Source of the DNA: an uncultured delta proteobacterium
GTDB lineage: Bacteria; Myxococcota_A; Polyangia; Polyangiales; Polyangiaceae
NCBI GenBank assembly: GCA_963696385.1
Contig: CAVOKF010000005.1
Span: 896,001 to 960,000 of the forward strand
DNA: 64,000 bases
Direction: 5' to 3'
The notes under the pieces are model-generated. The model made no database searches, was not told where the DNA came from, and saw only the letters and a list, made by a program, of their open reading frames with translations. The first letter of the stretch is position 1. Each line of letters starts with the position of its first letter. Below, piece by piece: positions 39,413 through 49,156 of this stretch. Position numbers and translations under genes: made by a program.

Positions 39413-40498
39413 TCAGTTGCAGCCGATTCGGCCCGTCGCGGAGAGCGCGACGTCGTCGATCCAGAGGGTCATGAGGGGGCCGCTGAAGACAATCCAAGCA
39501 AAGCCGAGGCTGTCGAAGGTAAACGCTGGAAGTGTCGGGAGGCCCGCTTCCCACTGGTCGGTGACCATCGAGACCCCCGGCGGAAACGTCAGTCCGGTCA
39601 CTGGTTGCGACCCGACCCAGGTCTCGATGGACTTCGATGCGCCGGACGTATGGAACTCGACACACGTCCACGTAGAGGCCATAGGGTAGGTCGACTGCGC
39701 ACCGCCGCTAGTATTCTTGTCGGGCAACACATGACTGTCATCGGTCTGCCACATGAACACGTTCGTGGCATTTCCGGCCCCCTCGGAGGCGAGTTGCAGG
39801 AAGCTGCTTTGATCGCTGGAGGTAATGCCGCCGTCGCCGTCGGCCGAGAAGGCTAGTGTCATCAGGACGCTGTGGTCGAACGTCATGCTCGTGCTCGTCA
39901 GACGGAGGTAAAAGCGACCATAGACGTCGGTGGCGCTCGCGAGGTTCGAGAATGCGCTGCGACTGAGCATCACGGGTCCGCAGGAATCGCCGCCCGTGAT
40001 CTTCACGGAGTTCGGTGGGCTATGCGAAAACGCGTTGTCGACGACCACGGGATACTGCACCGCGCCTTGCCCGCTGCATCCCTGTGTCCCCACGACGGTC
40101 CAGACGCTTGCGGCCGGCACGCTGTTGACGGTGTCGGTGTCGAAGTCGTCGCAAAACGCGAGACCGCCGCTGCAGCCCAGGCCAGCGCTGGCGTCGCCGC
40201 CCCCCGAGTCCGCCGTCGTAGCGCCGCTGTCGGGTCCGTGTCCATTCGACTGCCCGCTCGCCGCGCTCGACCCCGTCGATGACGTGGAGCTCATCGCTCC
40301 CGCCCCGCTGTCGGGCACTGGGAGACTCGACCCCGAGCTGCCGCCGGTCAAGCCGGAGGCGATGCTGGCCGTCGACGACGTGGAGCTCATCGCTCCCGCC
40401 CCGCTGTCGGCGGCTCCCGGGGGGGGACCTGCGCTCGACGAGGTGCAGGCGTGAAGAAGAACAAGCGAGCCGTAAAACGCGACTCTGATTTGCGCCAT
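39413..40498 (-). CDS. Lipoprotein with Ser/Gly linker and Cip1-like beta-sandwich domain
   Basis: LHAC lipobox; FCDDF, HS..NSVK, DVYGRFY, LPD, WTCVEF, IETW, LWIDDVALS..RIGC match the remembered fungal Cip1 pattern. Confidence 0.7.
   Translation of the reverse strand: MAQIRVAFYGSLVLLHACTSSSAGPPPGAADSGAGAMSSTSSTASIASGLTGGSSGSSLPVPDSGAGAMSSTSSTGSSAASGQSNGHGPDSGATTADSGGGDASAGLGCSGGLAFCDDFDTDTVNSVPAASVWTVVGTQGCSGQGAVQYPVVVDNAFSHSPPNSVKITGGDSCGPVMLSRSAFSNLASATDVYGRFYLRLTSTSMTFDHSVLMTLAFSADGDGGITSSDQSSFLQLASEGAGNATNVFMWQTDDSHVLPDKNTSGGAQSTYPMASTWTCVEFHTSGASKSIETWVGSQPVTGLTFPPGVSMVTDQWEAGLPTLPAFTFDSLGFAWIVFSGPLMTLWIDDVALSATGRIGCN
40273..40410. repeat. Intragenic 42-bp direct repeat, period 96 bp (DSGAGAMSSTSST x2)
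   Basis: ccgtcga(t/c)gacgtggagctcatcgctcccgccccgctgtcgg at 40273-40314 and 40369-40410. Confidence 0.9.
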
Positions 40499-40529
40499 GA
40501 TGGATGATGGAGCCCGGATCGATCGTCCG

Positions 40530-41204
40530 TCAAATCCCCGGTGGAGGCCGCGAACTCAGGGTGGACCTTTCGCCACCCTCGCCGCCGCCGAGCCGCAAGA
40601 ATTGTCCGGAGATCGGGTCGTAATCGAACACGTCGCCGGTCGCGATGCGAAAGACCCAACCGCTCATCTTGAGCCGTCCGGCGTCGAGCCGGCGCGCGAC
40701 GAAGTCGAACGATCGCAGGTTTTCGAGCTGCACGAGCACATTTTCCTGCACCGCGGCGGTCATGCGCGCCTCGCCCTCGAGGTGGCCGTATCGTTCTTCA
40801 ATGAGCTTCGGGATACGCGACGATTCGGCCAGCCACCGCGAGACGAACCGCAGATGGCCGACGCGATGGGGGTTGAGGATCGCATCGATGGCGCCACAGT
40901 TGGCGTGGCCGCAGACGATGACGTGGTCCACTTCGAGCACCTCGACCGCGTACTCGATGGCCGCCGAGACGCCGCCCAGAACGCCTCGTTCCACGGAGGG
41001 GACGATGTTGCCGACGTTGCGCACGATGAAGAGGTCACCCGGCGCCGCGCTGGTGATGAGGGTCGGCACGACGCGCGAATCGCAGCACGTGATGAAGAGC
41101 GTCTCGGGGCGCTGCCCCGTCTCGGAGAGACGTTCGAAGAGCCTGCGGTTCGAAGCAAAGTAGTTGGCCTGAAACTGATGGATCCCGGCTTCGAGCTTCT
41201 GCAC
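40530..41204 (-). CDS. Beta-class carbonic anhydrase
   Basis: ITCCDSRV, RNVGN, IEYAV, CGHANCGA. Confidence 0.95.
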   Translation of the reverse strand: MQKLEAGIHQFQANYFASNRRLFERLSETGQRPETLFITCCDSRVVPTLITSAAPGDLFIVRNVGNIVPSVERGVLGGVSAAIEYAVEVLEVDHVIVCGHANCGAIDAILNPHRVGHLRFVSRWLAESSRIPKLIEERYGHLEGEARMTAAVQENVLVQLENLRSFDFVARRLDAGRLKMSGWVFRIATGDVFDYDPISGQFLRLGGGEGGERSTLSSRPPPGI

Positions 41205-41315
41205 GGGCCGACTCTACCCGACCCTATGCCCGCAACGAAACAGGCCTGCGCGGTCGGCTGGGGCGGGGGCGCACCTTCCGAAGCGACCCGACTCGAAGGT
41301 TCGTGATGACGCCCT

Positions 41316-42473
41316 CTATACTAGGCTCCGCACGATGTCCGCGGTGTAGATGGCGCTTGGAATCACTTCGCATTCCGCCCAGCACCCCGGGCACGCGTCC
41401 ACCCACTCCCGCGCGCTGTCGGCTTGAGGGGAGCGCCAAACGTCGGCAAAAGCATCGGTGCTGAGGTTGCCGACGGTCTCGGTGTTGAATTGGCAGACAG
41501 GGACTCGGCCATCGGGCAGCAGACGCAAGTGGCTGCGAAGCGCGACGCAGCGCGGGTGCGGCTTCGGGTCCGTATCGCCTCGGAGGCGTGCGAGCAGGCC
41601 GCGCAGATAGTACCGCTTGCCGACGCGCTCTCGGAGACGCAAGCGTTCGGCGGCTACGAGTTCGCGTTCGACGAAGCCGACGACGTCGGCGCCCTGCAGG
41701 GCGGGGTGCAGCGGGTAGCCGTTGCGCACGATCAAGTGTTCGGCACGCTTGCCGCGAAGCTTGATCGAGTACATGGCTGAATCCGAGTACGCGAGAACGG
41801 AGTGGACGTCGACGCCGAGCGGTTCGACCGCGCGGCGGATGGCGGCGTTGTCGTCCATCGACTGCTTCGAGATGACCGTGTGGTTGACGGACACGCGCAC
41901 GCCCTGGGCGACGAGCACGCGCACGGTGTCGATCGCCCGGTCAAACGTCACGTCTTGGCCGCGGTTTTCGTCGTGCTCTGGGGGCATGCCATCGAGCGAC
42001 ACCATGAACGCCAGCCGGTCGATTTCGTGGATCTCGCCGAGTGCGTCGACGAACCGAGCGACCCGATCGGGAAACGATCCGTTGGTGGTGACGTGCAGCA
42101 CCATGGGCGCTGCGTGTTCAACGACGGCTCGCGCCACGTCGACCAGGTCTTCGCGGAGAAACGGCTCTCCCCCCGTGAGACGGACGACGTCGAGCTTGCC
42201 GATCTTGGCGAACAGGTCGGCGATCTGCTTGGCCGTGAGCTCGCGGCCGGGCTTCACTCGCCACGAATCGCACATCTTGCAGCGGGCGTTGCAGCGGTAC
42301 GTGACGAGAAATGTGCACCACGACGGCCGCGGGGGTGTGCTCCCCGTCCGGTTGTCGAGCACGGTCAGAGCGTAGCGGGCAGCTTGCGGCAGTCGGCGCA
42401 GGCTCGGCGGTTCGGGGGCTTCGAGCACCGGCGGCGGCAGGGTGCCCGCGAAGCCCGTCATGCCGGCCTCCAT
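41316..42473 (-). CDS. Radical SAM protein with SPASM/twitch-like C-terminus
   Basis: CNARCKMC, TGGEPFLR, TTNG, VSLDG..H...RG; C-terminal C..DGRVPVC..GNL..CPGCWAEC. Confidence 0.9.
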   Translation of the reverse strand: MEAGMTGFAGTLPPPVLEAPEPPSLRRLPQAARYALTVLDNRTGSTPPRPSWCTFLVTYRCNARCKMCDSWRVKPGRELTAKQIADLFAKIGKLDVVRLTGGEPFLREDLVDVARAVVEHAAPMVLHVTTNGSFPDRVARFVDALGEIHEIDRLAFMVSLDGMPPEHDENRGQDVTFDRAIDTVRVLVAQGVRVSVNHTVISKQSMDDNAAIRRAVEPLGVDVHSVLAYSDSAMYSIKLRGKRAEHLIVRNGYPLHPALQGADVVGFVERELVAAERLRLRERVGKRYYLRGLLARLRGDTDPKPHPRCVALRSHLRLLPDGRVPVCQFNTETVGNLSTDAFADVWRSPQADSAREWVDACPGCWAECEVIPSAIYTADIVRSLV

Positions 42474-43558
42474 GCGCCGAGCGGCGCGCTCTGACGCGCG
42501 CCGCCGAGATCGCGGGCGAACGTCTCGAGCGCCGCGATCGACGCCTCGCGCCCATCCCGACGCAGGGTGCGGGCCCGCTCGGCAAAGCGCCGCTCCTCCG
42601 CAAGAAACCGGCGGATCGCGCCTGCCGTGAACGATGAACGATCGATTCGCGCGCCGACCCCCAACCGCTCGACGGCGAGAGCGTTCATGCGCTGCTCGGG
42701 GGTGTTTTCGGGCGCTACCAGGATCGGTTTGCCCAGATGCATCGTCTCGCCGACCAGCTGGTTGCCGGCCGTGCTCAACACCGCGCGGCAGCTGGCGAGG
42801 TCGTCGAGGAACGCGGAGTCGCCCACGCGCTTATAGACCAGATTCGCGTCGGTGCCGCGGTGGCGCTTTCCGTAAATGATGACCGGCAGTCGAAGCGATC
42901 GGAGTTCCTCCATGACCCGGGCGGTGAGCTGGTGCTCGGACTGATTGAAGTAGACGAGCAGGTGATCGCCGGGGCGCGCGGTGGCACGGCGCACTTCGTC
43001 ACGCAGCAGGGGGCCCACGACACGGACGCCGGGTCCCGGCGATTCGGGATCGAAAAAGCTCGAAACGACGACGCGCTGGGGGCGTCCATTGAGCGCGCGG
43101 TACGCGAAGACGTCGCGAAACACCTGCACCGTATCGCGCCAGGCGACGGGGGGTCGGCACCAGGCCATGATGCCGAAGTGGTCGAACCCGATTCGCGGAA
43201 TCCCGAGCGCTGCGGCGGCGCGGTGCGTCCATGGGTCGGCGTCGCAAATCGCGACATCGGGCTTGAAGTCGCGAATCCGTCGGACGACGTTGCGGAAGGT
43301 CTCGCCGCCGAAGACGAGATCGGCAACCTTGCGGAAGTTGCGTTGGAACGTGAGCCGTACCGACCGCTCGCCACGCGCACCGTAGATGTAGCCGAGCGAC
43401 GGTATGCGCTCGACCGGGAATCGCGAACAAAGTGCGTCGTGGGCGTCTCCTCCGACCAGGATCAGAACGTCGTGCCGCTGCCGAATCTCCGAGAGGACCG
43501 CCTCGGCTCTCGTGGCGTGGCCGCGTCCGTAGCCGAAGATGCCGTAAACGATGCGCAT
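42458..43558 (-). CDS. GT-B glycosyltransferase (MJ1255/VC2487-like)
   Basis: MRIVYG..G.GRGHATR, FKPDVAICD, DH, GPLLR, HLLVYF, STAGNQL.GE..LGKP, EQRMNA. Confidence 0.85.
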   Translation of the reverse strand: MRIVYGIFGYGRGHATRAEAVLSEIRQRHDVLILVGGDAHDALCSRFPVERIPSLGYIYGARGERSVRLTFQRNFRKVADLVFGGETFRNVVRRIRDFKPDVAICDADPWTHRAAAALGIPRIGFDHFGIMAWCRPPVAWRDTVQVFRDVFAYRALNGRPQRVVVSSFFDPESPGPGVRVVGPLLRDEVRRATARPGDHLLVYFNQSEHQLTARVMEELRSLRLPVIIYGKRHRGTDANLVYKRVGDSAFLDDLASCRAVLSTAGNQLVGETMHLGKPILVAPENTPEQRMNALAVERLGVGARIDRSSFTAGAIRRFLAEERRFAERARTLRRDGREASIAALETFARDLGGARQSAPLGAWRPA

Positions 43559-43646
43559 GCCGCGCTCCTTTCGACCCGCAAGGCATCGAAGCCCATTTGA
43601 GTGTCAACCGCGTGACATTCGAACGGTTAATCGCGACGCGACCCGA

Positions 43647-44090
43647 TCAGTGGTTGCTGCGAATCGTCACGATGGGACGGCGCCCCGTTCGGACAACATG
43701 CTCGGCAACGCTTCCGAGCAAAGCTCGAGCGAGCCCGCGCCGGCCATGGGTCCCGATCACGACGAGATCCGCGTCGATCTCGTCGGCGACGGCGTTAATC
43801 TCCTCCCACGCCACCCCCTCGCGGAGCACACTATCGATGGGAATTCCTCGCCCAAGACGCTGGTCGACGGTCTTCTTCAGCGCATGCTGCGACGCGTCGG
43901 AGATGCGCGCCGCCATCTCCGGTGTTGCCACGATCGTGGCGTCCGGAAAGCCGGCGATCGGAATCTCGTACGAGTGCATGACGGTAATCGACGCGCCGAG
44001 TCGCTCGGCCAGCGTCATCGCCCACTCGAGCGCATGATCGGAGGTTTCTGTGAAGTCGGTCGGGACGAGGATTCGGCGGAGTTCGGCCAT
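43647..44090 (-). CDS. Universal stress protein (UspA family)
   Basis: RILVPTDF..S, ADLVVIGTHGRRG..LLGSVAEHVVR..PIVTIR. Confidence 0.95.
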   Translation of the reverse strand: MAELRRILVPTDFTETSDHALEWAMTLAERLGASITVMHSYEIPIAGFPDATIVATPEMAARISDASQHALKKTVDQRLGRGIPIDSVLREGVAWEEINAVADEIDADLVVIGTHGRRGLARALLGSVAEHVVRTGRRPIVTIRSNH

Positions 44091-44146
44091 GCGGGTCCTC
44101 GCAGGGCTTCTACCACCTCGGCGCGTGCGCGCCGAAGCGGATCCAC

Positions 44147-45277
44147 CTATCCATCGGGATTGAGCCACCGCTCGGCCTCGGGCAAGCCGGCGGATGCGTT
44201 CTGCAGGGCTTCGAGCCATTGCGCGAGTGGAGCGGCCGGCCAGGCCGAAGCGGACTGGTTGAGCGATCGTCGCGCGACAGCCGCTCCGAGCGCGCGGGCG
44301 AAGGTCCGATCGGTTGCCGACCGCGTCGGCGCAGTCGCTTCGGCGGGTATCGGATCGGTCGGCGGACCGCCGCCCATCACTCGCGCGAGTGCGCGCTCCG
44401 CGAGGATGTCGAGGATCGCGGTCGCGGGCGGAAGCGATTGGAGGCTCAAGAGTTCGCGAGTGGCTCGCCCGAGCGCCGCGTCGACGTCGGCGGGCGGGCC
44501 TCGATCGAGGGCGCGCAGGCCGAGGGTTCGACCCGCAGGCTCGCCAATCAGGGCGAGCACGGCCTCGTTCCAGGCGAAAGCGGGTGCCTTGCGGCCGCAG
44601 GTGGCCAGATCGGTCAGGGGCGATCGCGTCAGTAGCGAGCCAATCGTCGCTGCCCAGATGGCCCGGTCGACGGCGATGGGAGCGAGATCGACAAGCGCGG
44701 GTCGCGTGCGAAGAACCGTGACCCGTCGCAGGGCGGGCCAGGCCTGGACCCGAGCCGGAGGGTCGCGCCCCAAAAAGCGACGGGTCTCCGACCACCAGGA
44801 GACTTGGGTGTCGGTGCGCCGAACATCCAGAACGCGGGCGAACCAACTGTGGCGGGACAAAGCCTGCTTGGCGTTGGCCGGGACGGGTACGCTTTCCAGG
44901 ACCGCGATGGCGCTCTTCAGAATCCGTCGCGCGGCGCCTCGCCGAAGCAGCGTCGAAAAGCCCGGGTTCGCGGAATGCAAGAGGTCGTGAAGCGCAGCGG
45001 CGAGGAGCCAGTCGGCGGCAGCCAGATCGGGCACGGTGTCGACGGGCGCGAGACTGCGTGCGCGACGCACGCGAGCCAGGGTGACTTCACGGACGAGAAG
45101 CCCATCGCTTACGAGCCGCGCGTCGCGCAGGGCGCCGGCGGCGCGCGGTCCGATCGCAGCCGAGGGTACGACCTCGCCGCCCAGCACGAGCGGGGCAACG
45201 ACTGCGGAGAACAATCGGTCGGCGAGGGCTGATGCAGGCACGTCGCGCCGGTCAGGATCGGGGGGAACGACCGCCAC
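44147..45277 (-). CDS. Uncharacterised protein (possibly FtsH-ternary-system fvmX6-like)
   Basis: Protein-like ORF with LHDLL, SRH, RTDTQVSWW, PPAR..AWP.LRRV, SPLTDL; family call from memory only. Confidence 0.55.
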   Translation of the reverse strand: MAVVPPDPDRRDVPASALADRLFSAVVAPLVLGGEVVPSAAIGPRAAGALRDARLVSDGLLVREVTLARVRRARSLAPVDTVPDLAAADWLLAAALHDLLHSANPGFSTLLRRGAARRILKSAIAVLESVPVPANAKQALSRHSWFARVLDVRRTDTQVSWWSETRRFLGRDPPARVQAWPALRRVTVLRTRPALVDLAPIAVDRAIWAATIGSLLTRSPLTDLATCGRKAPAFAWNEAVLALIGEPAGRTLGLRALDRGPPADVDAALGRATRELLSLQSLPPATAILDILAERALARVMGGGPPTDPIPAEATAPTRSATDRTFARALGAAVARRSLNQSASAWPAAPLAQWLEALQNASAGLPEAERWLNPDG

Positions 45278-46748
45278 CGTGGAACCTCGGGAGCCCGATC
45301 GACTCGACACGCAGATCGATGGGGCGATCATCGAGCGATTCGATCTCCTCCGCGGCGAGAGGCTGCCAGGGAGGCGCCTGGATCAGGGCCGCTTCCAGCG
45401 AAGCGAACGCCGCTCGTTCAAGCGTCACGGCACGTCCGTCGTGGCACAGGAACAAGACTTGCGACGGCGAAATATTCAACGCACGCGCCAGGACGTCGGC
45501 GGCGACGTCGGGGACCGACTCGTACCCAGCCGGCACGTAGATGTGCGGATGGACCTCGCTGAAAAATGTGCCGATGGGCAATCCCTCGATGCCGGCGCTC
45601 GACCGAACAATGGCCCCCTCTCGAGTGAGTGCGATCTGCATGCGTTCGAGGGTCGATCGGGGCAGCGCATACGCCACCTGGCGCAGAATGCCGAGCTGCT
45701 CGGGGGCGATCCATGTCGCGGTCACGCTGCGCCAAGGCCGTGTCGATGGGGCAAGCCGTAGGCGGACCCGCACTTCGTTGGGGGTGGCGTCGAGCGGTAT
45801 CGTTTGCGAGCCGTGTGCGGCGCCCCCGAGCTCGATTCGCGCAAGAGCGAGGACGTCCCCCATCGGGGGCAAGCGCTCGATGACCCATGGGTCGTCGCCC
45901 CGGCCGCGCCATAAAACCAGTCCCGCGGCGTCGAAGAGTGGGCAAGCCTTCAACTGGACCGGGTGGCGGAAGCCGACTTCGACCGCGACGCCGGGCGCGA
46001 CCGGCACGAAAGAAGTGACGCCAGGGGTCGAGTTGAGCAGCGATTGCATACGATGGGGAGGGGCGGGTACCCGTAGGACGAAACGGCGTCTCGACTCCTC
46101 GTCCAAGGCGCTTCGGGGTGGCCACTCCACGATGCAGACTTCTGCCCGCACGTCGGAGCGGACGAAGTAGTGGACGATCGCGGGGCCGAGTCCGGGTTCC
46201 GCGATCACGATTCGAGGACCGGGTTCGAGCCGCGTCGACGCGTCGGCACGGGGGAAGACCCGCAGCAGCACCGAACGCAGGTCGACAAGCTTATCCCGAT
46301 CGTACGTTTGGCAGAAGCGGTCGTGATAGAGCGCTAGCGCCGCGTCCGATCCGGACAGCTGGGGTGCGTCGTACCCGAAAGGGCCTGCCGCGTCGCGGTA
46401 CTGAACGAAGTGGCGCGTGGTTCCCGTGAACGTCAGACCGCCGACCAGCCGCCCGGTTTCGGCAATTCGGTCCATTCGCTCGGTTGATTCGGCCGCGAAT
46501 TCGAGGACAATCTCACGCTGACCGATCGCCGACCGGGCGACGTAGAGATCGAGGCTCGGCAGCAGGTCTTCGAGCGACCGATCGCGCGTGTAGACCGCAA
46601 GCAGCGCCACGAGCCGATCGATCGACGGCAGCAACACGAGACCCTTCGCGCCGAGCGCGACGCCCTTCGAGTCGAGGCTCAGCCCCGGCGTGTGAAGGCG
46701 CGGCTGGTAGAGAGCGATGCGTTCGAGCACGGACAGCGGTTGTCCCAC
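45252..46748 (-). CDS. Uncharacterised protein (possibly FtsH-ternary-system fvmX7-like)
   Basis: 498-aa protein-like ORF (FTGTTRHFVQYRD..PFGYD, GFRHPV.L, LPIG, YVPAGY); overlaps the next gene. Confidence 0.6.
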   Translation of the reverse strand: MGQPLSVLERIALYQPRLHTPGLSLDSKGVALGAKGLVLLPSIDRLVALLAVYTRDRSLEDLLPSLDLYVARSAIGQREIVLEFAAESTERMDRIAETGRLVGGLTFTGTTRHFVQYRDAAGPFGYDAPQLSGSDAALALYHDRFCQTYDRDKLVDLRSVLLRVFPRADASTRLEPGPRIVIAEPGLGPAIVHYFVRSDVRAEVCIVEWPPRSALDEESRRRFVLRVPAPPHRMQSLLNSTPGVTSFVPVAPGVAVEVGFRHPVQLKACPLFDAAGLVLWRGRGDDPWVIERLPPMGDVLALARIELGGAAHGSQTIPLDATPNEVRVRLRLAPSTRPWRSVTATWIAPEQLGILRQVAYALPRSTLERMQIALTREGAIVRSSAGIEGLPIGTFFSEVHPHIYVPAGYESVPDVAADVLARALNISPSQVLFLCHDGRAVTLERAAFASLEAALIQAPPWQPLAAEEIESLDDRPIDLRVESIGLPRFHGGGRSPRS

Positions 46749-46801
46749 TCAGCATAGCCGACCGCACAGACCTCGACGTTTGCCGCCTTCGGCCGGGGCC
46801 G

Positions 46802-47554
46802 TTACTCGGTCGCGTCTTCGAACCAGCGCGACCAGATCTCGACGGCGCCGAGAACCGCCGCCGCGACCGTTTCGGTGCGCAGAAGACGCGGGCCGAGCGA
46901 GACCGCGCGCCACCCATGTGCGAGGGCGAGTTCGACCTCGGCCTCGTCGAGGCCGCCTTCCGGTCCGCACGCGAAGGCGAGGTCCGCGCCGCGCGCGAGG
47001 CTTTCGAAGAGGGGGTGGGCAAGTGGAACGGTCGCGCCCTCCCAAAGGCAAAAACGTGCTTGTGCGGCATCGGCCCGCTCGATCGCCTCGCTCCAGCCCG
47101 CGGGGGATTCGATGAGCGGTGCATCGCTGCGCCCGCATTGCCGCGCAGCCTGTTGGGCGATGCGCGCCCAGCGGGCCGTACGCGATGCGGCGCGCGCGGC
47201 ATCGAGTCGTACGACGCTGCGCTCGGCAGCGGCGACGACGACATGCGTGGCCCCGAGCTCGGTCGCATCCCGCACGATGGCGTCGCATTTGTCCCCCTTG
47301 GCGATGGCCTGGACCCAGGTGAGACCCCGACGGACGATCGCGGCCCCTTGCCGCAGCTCGGCGATGCGAACGACCACCGAACCGCGTTCGACCCGGACTG
47401 TCCGCGCATCGCCTTCGCGGCCGGTTTTGGGGTCGAATGCGATGAAGGCGTCGCCGGCGCGCAATCGGAGGACCCGCGCGAGATAGTGCCCGACGGCTCC
47501 CTGGAGGCAACGTTCTCCCGGGGACAGCCCGACGATGGGAATGCGTCGATCCAT
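46802..47554 (-). CDS. rsmE: 16S rRNA m3U1498 methyltransferase
   Basis: HYLARVLRL, KGDK.D..VRDATELG, AARQCGR, GPEGG, SLGPRLLRTETVA. Confidence 0.95.
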   Translation of the reverse strand: MDRRIPIVGLSPGERCLQGAVGHYLARVLRLRAGDAFIAFDPKTGREGDARTVRVERGSVVVRIAELRQGAAIVRRGLTWVQAIAKGDKCDAIVRDATELGATHVVVAAAERSVVRLDAARAASRTARWARIAQQAARQCGRSDAPLIESPAGWSEAIERADAAQARFCLWEGATVPLAHPLFESLARGADLAFACGPEGGLDEAEVELALAHGWRAVSLGPRLLRTETVAAAVLGAVEIWSRWFEDATE

Positions 47555-48432
47555 TACGAGCGCAGCACCGCGGCGATCCATTCGCCCTTCTGCGCGACCC
47601 GTTCCACGTGCAGATCGGGGTACGCGCGCCGGACGCCCTCCCATTGTGTCTGTGCGACGTCGGTTCCCAGAATGCCGCTCAGAACGAGGGTGCCGCCTCT
47701 CGTCAGTCGACTCGCAATCGGCGCCGCGAGGGCGATCAGCGTGGTGGCTTCGATGTTCGCCAGGACGATCGCGTAATGCTCCCGGAGCGCGTCGACCGGC
47801 GTGGAGTCGGCCAGAACACGGCCCGCCACGCCATTGCGATCCGCATTGTCGCGTGTGACGGCCACCGCCTCCGGATCCACGTCGATGGCGCGGACTGCGG
47901 CCGCCCCGAGCGCAACGGCGGCGACAGCCAAGATGCCGCTGCCGCAGCCGACGTCGAGGACCTGCGACCCGCGGACCCCCGCCCTTCGATCGGCGAGGGC
48001 TTCGGCAACGAGCCGGGTGGTCTCGTGAAGCCCCGTGCCGAACGCCCGGCCAGGTTCGAGGGTGATGACGCGTTCGTCCGCGACCGGAGAATACGTCCGC
48101 CATGGGGGGCGGACGACGACGCCTTCGCAGAGAAGAAACGGTTCAAAGTGCTTTTTCCATTCGTCACGCCAACCGTCGCCTACGACGTAGTCAATGCGCG
48201 GGGACCATTCGCGCGGCAGTGACGCCAAGGCGCATCGTGCCTGGTGCTCGGCTGGGAATGCGGCCGCGAGGATCACCTTGTCCCCTGCCGGCCGCACGAT
48301 CGTCGCTGCGTCGCGCTGCTCCACGCCAACCGCGCCCAGATCGAAGAGCAGCGCGCCGGCCTCATCGGCCTCGGATTCCGCGAGCTCGACCACGACGTAC
48401 GGGTAACGGGGCTGGTTCGCCGGCAAGATCAT
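47554..48432 (-). CDS. prmA: Ribosomal protein L11 methyltransferase
   Basis: W..EWKKHF.P, VRPPW, LEPGRAFGTGLHETT, LDVGCGSGILA, ANI, LSGIL. Confidence 0.95.
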   Translation of the reverse strand: MILPANQPRYPYVVVELAESEADEAGALLFDLGAVGVEQRDAATIVRPAGDKVILAAAFPAEHQARCALASLPREWSPRIDYVVGDGWRDEWKKHFEPFLLCEGVVVRPPWRTYSPVADERVITLEPGRAFGTGLHETTRLVAEALADRRAGVRGSQVLDVGCGSGILAVAAVALGAAAVRAIDVDPEAVAVTRDNADRNGVAGRVLADSTPVDALREHYAIVLANIEATTLIALAAPIASRLTRGGTLVLSGILGTDVAQTQWEGVRRAYPDLHVERVAQKGEWIAAVLRS

Positions 48433-48448
48433 CGGGGCTCAAGGGGGG

Positions 48449-49156
48449 CTAGCCAGGAAAATACCGCTCGCGAGCTTTTACGCTCGTGAGCTTGGTACGA
48501 ACCTTTCTTCCGCGCGGCACAGGCTCGCCTGCGTCGAGGACGATCGCGGTCAAACGGCCTCCGTAGACGCAGCCCGTGTCGATGCCCGTGGCCCAGTCGT
48601 GGAGCTGCGGCTCGGTGAGTGCGTTGTGCCCGAAGACGACATGAGGGGGCCCGACGTAGAGTTCGCCCCAAAGGGGCGACGCGTTCTTGTCGTCGGTCCA
48701 GCGCCCGTTCGCCTCGGCGGAGCGGATGCGCAAAAGCGCGTCTCTCGGCGTGCTCGAGATCTTGCGGCCGGGCACGACGCCCGCGTGGACGATGCGCGCA
48801 CCGTGCTCGGGGACGTCGAGCCAGAGGGGCATGGCCTCGAGAATGCGCCATTCGGCTTCCGACAGCGTCGCTGCGAGCCTCTGGTGCTCGCCCTTCAAAT
48901 CCGCGACGCCGTTGCGAGCGGAGAGAATCTTGTCTTCGTGGTTGCCGCGCACGACCGTTGCCCCCAACCGTTCGATCGCGGCCAGTACACCATGGGAGTC
49001 CGGGCCGCGCGCGATGACGTCGCCCACGAAGATCAGCCGGTCGGACCCTTGGGCGAACCGCACCGCCGTCAACAGACTCTCGAGCTCGGCGCGGCATCCA
49101 TGAACATCGCCGACGACAATCGTCCGAACGGTGGAACCCGATTCAAACGACGCCAT
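48449..49156 (-). CDS. Metallophosphoesterase (ApaH/PPP-like)
   Basis: GDVHGC, GDVIARGPDS, RGNHE, VHAG, FGH, IDTGCVYGG.LTA. Confidence 0.92.
   Translation of the reverse strand: MASFESGSTVRTIVVGDVHGCRAELESLLTAVRFAQGSDRLIFVGDVIARGPDSHGVLAAIERLGATVVRGNHEDKILSARNGVADLKGEHQRLAATLSEAEWRILEAMPLWLDVPEHGARIVHAGVVPGRKISSTPRDALLRIRSAEANGRWTDDKNASPLWGELYVGPPHVVFGHNALTEPQLHDWATGIDTGCVYGGRLTAIVLDAGEPVPRGRKVRTKLTSVKARERYFPG

Noticed and set aside
44090..44149. Possible TAG read-through extending the 44147 gene toward usp
   Set aside because: No recoding signal or supporting machinery seen; an ordinary stop is simpler.
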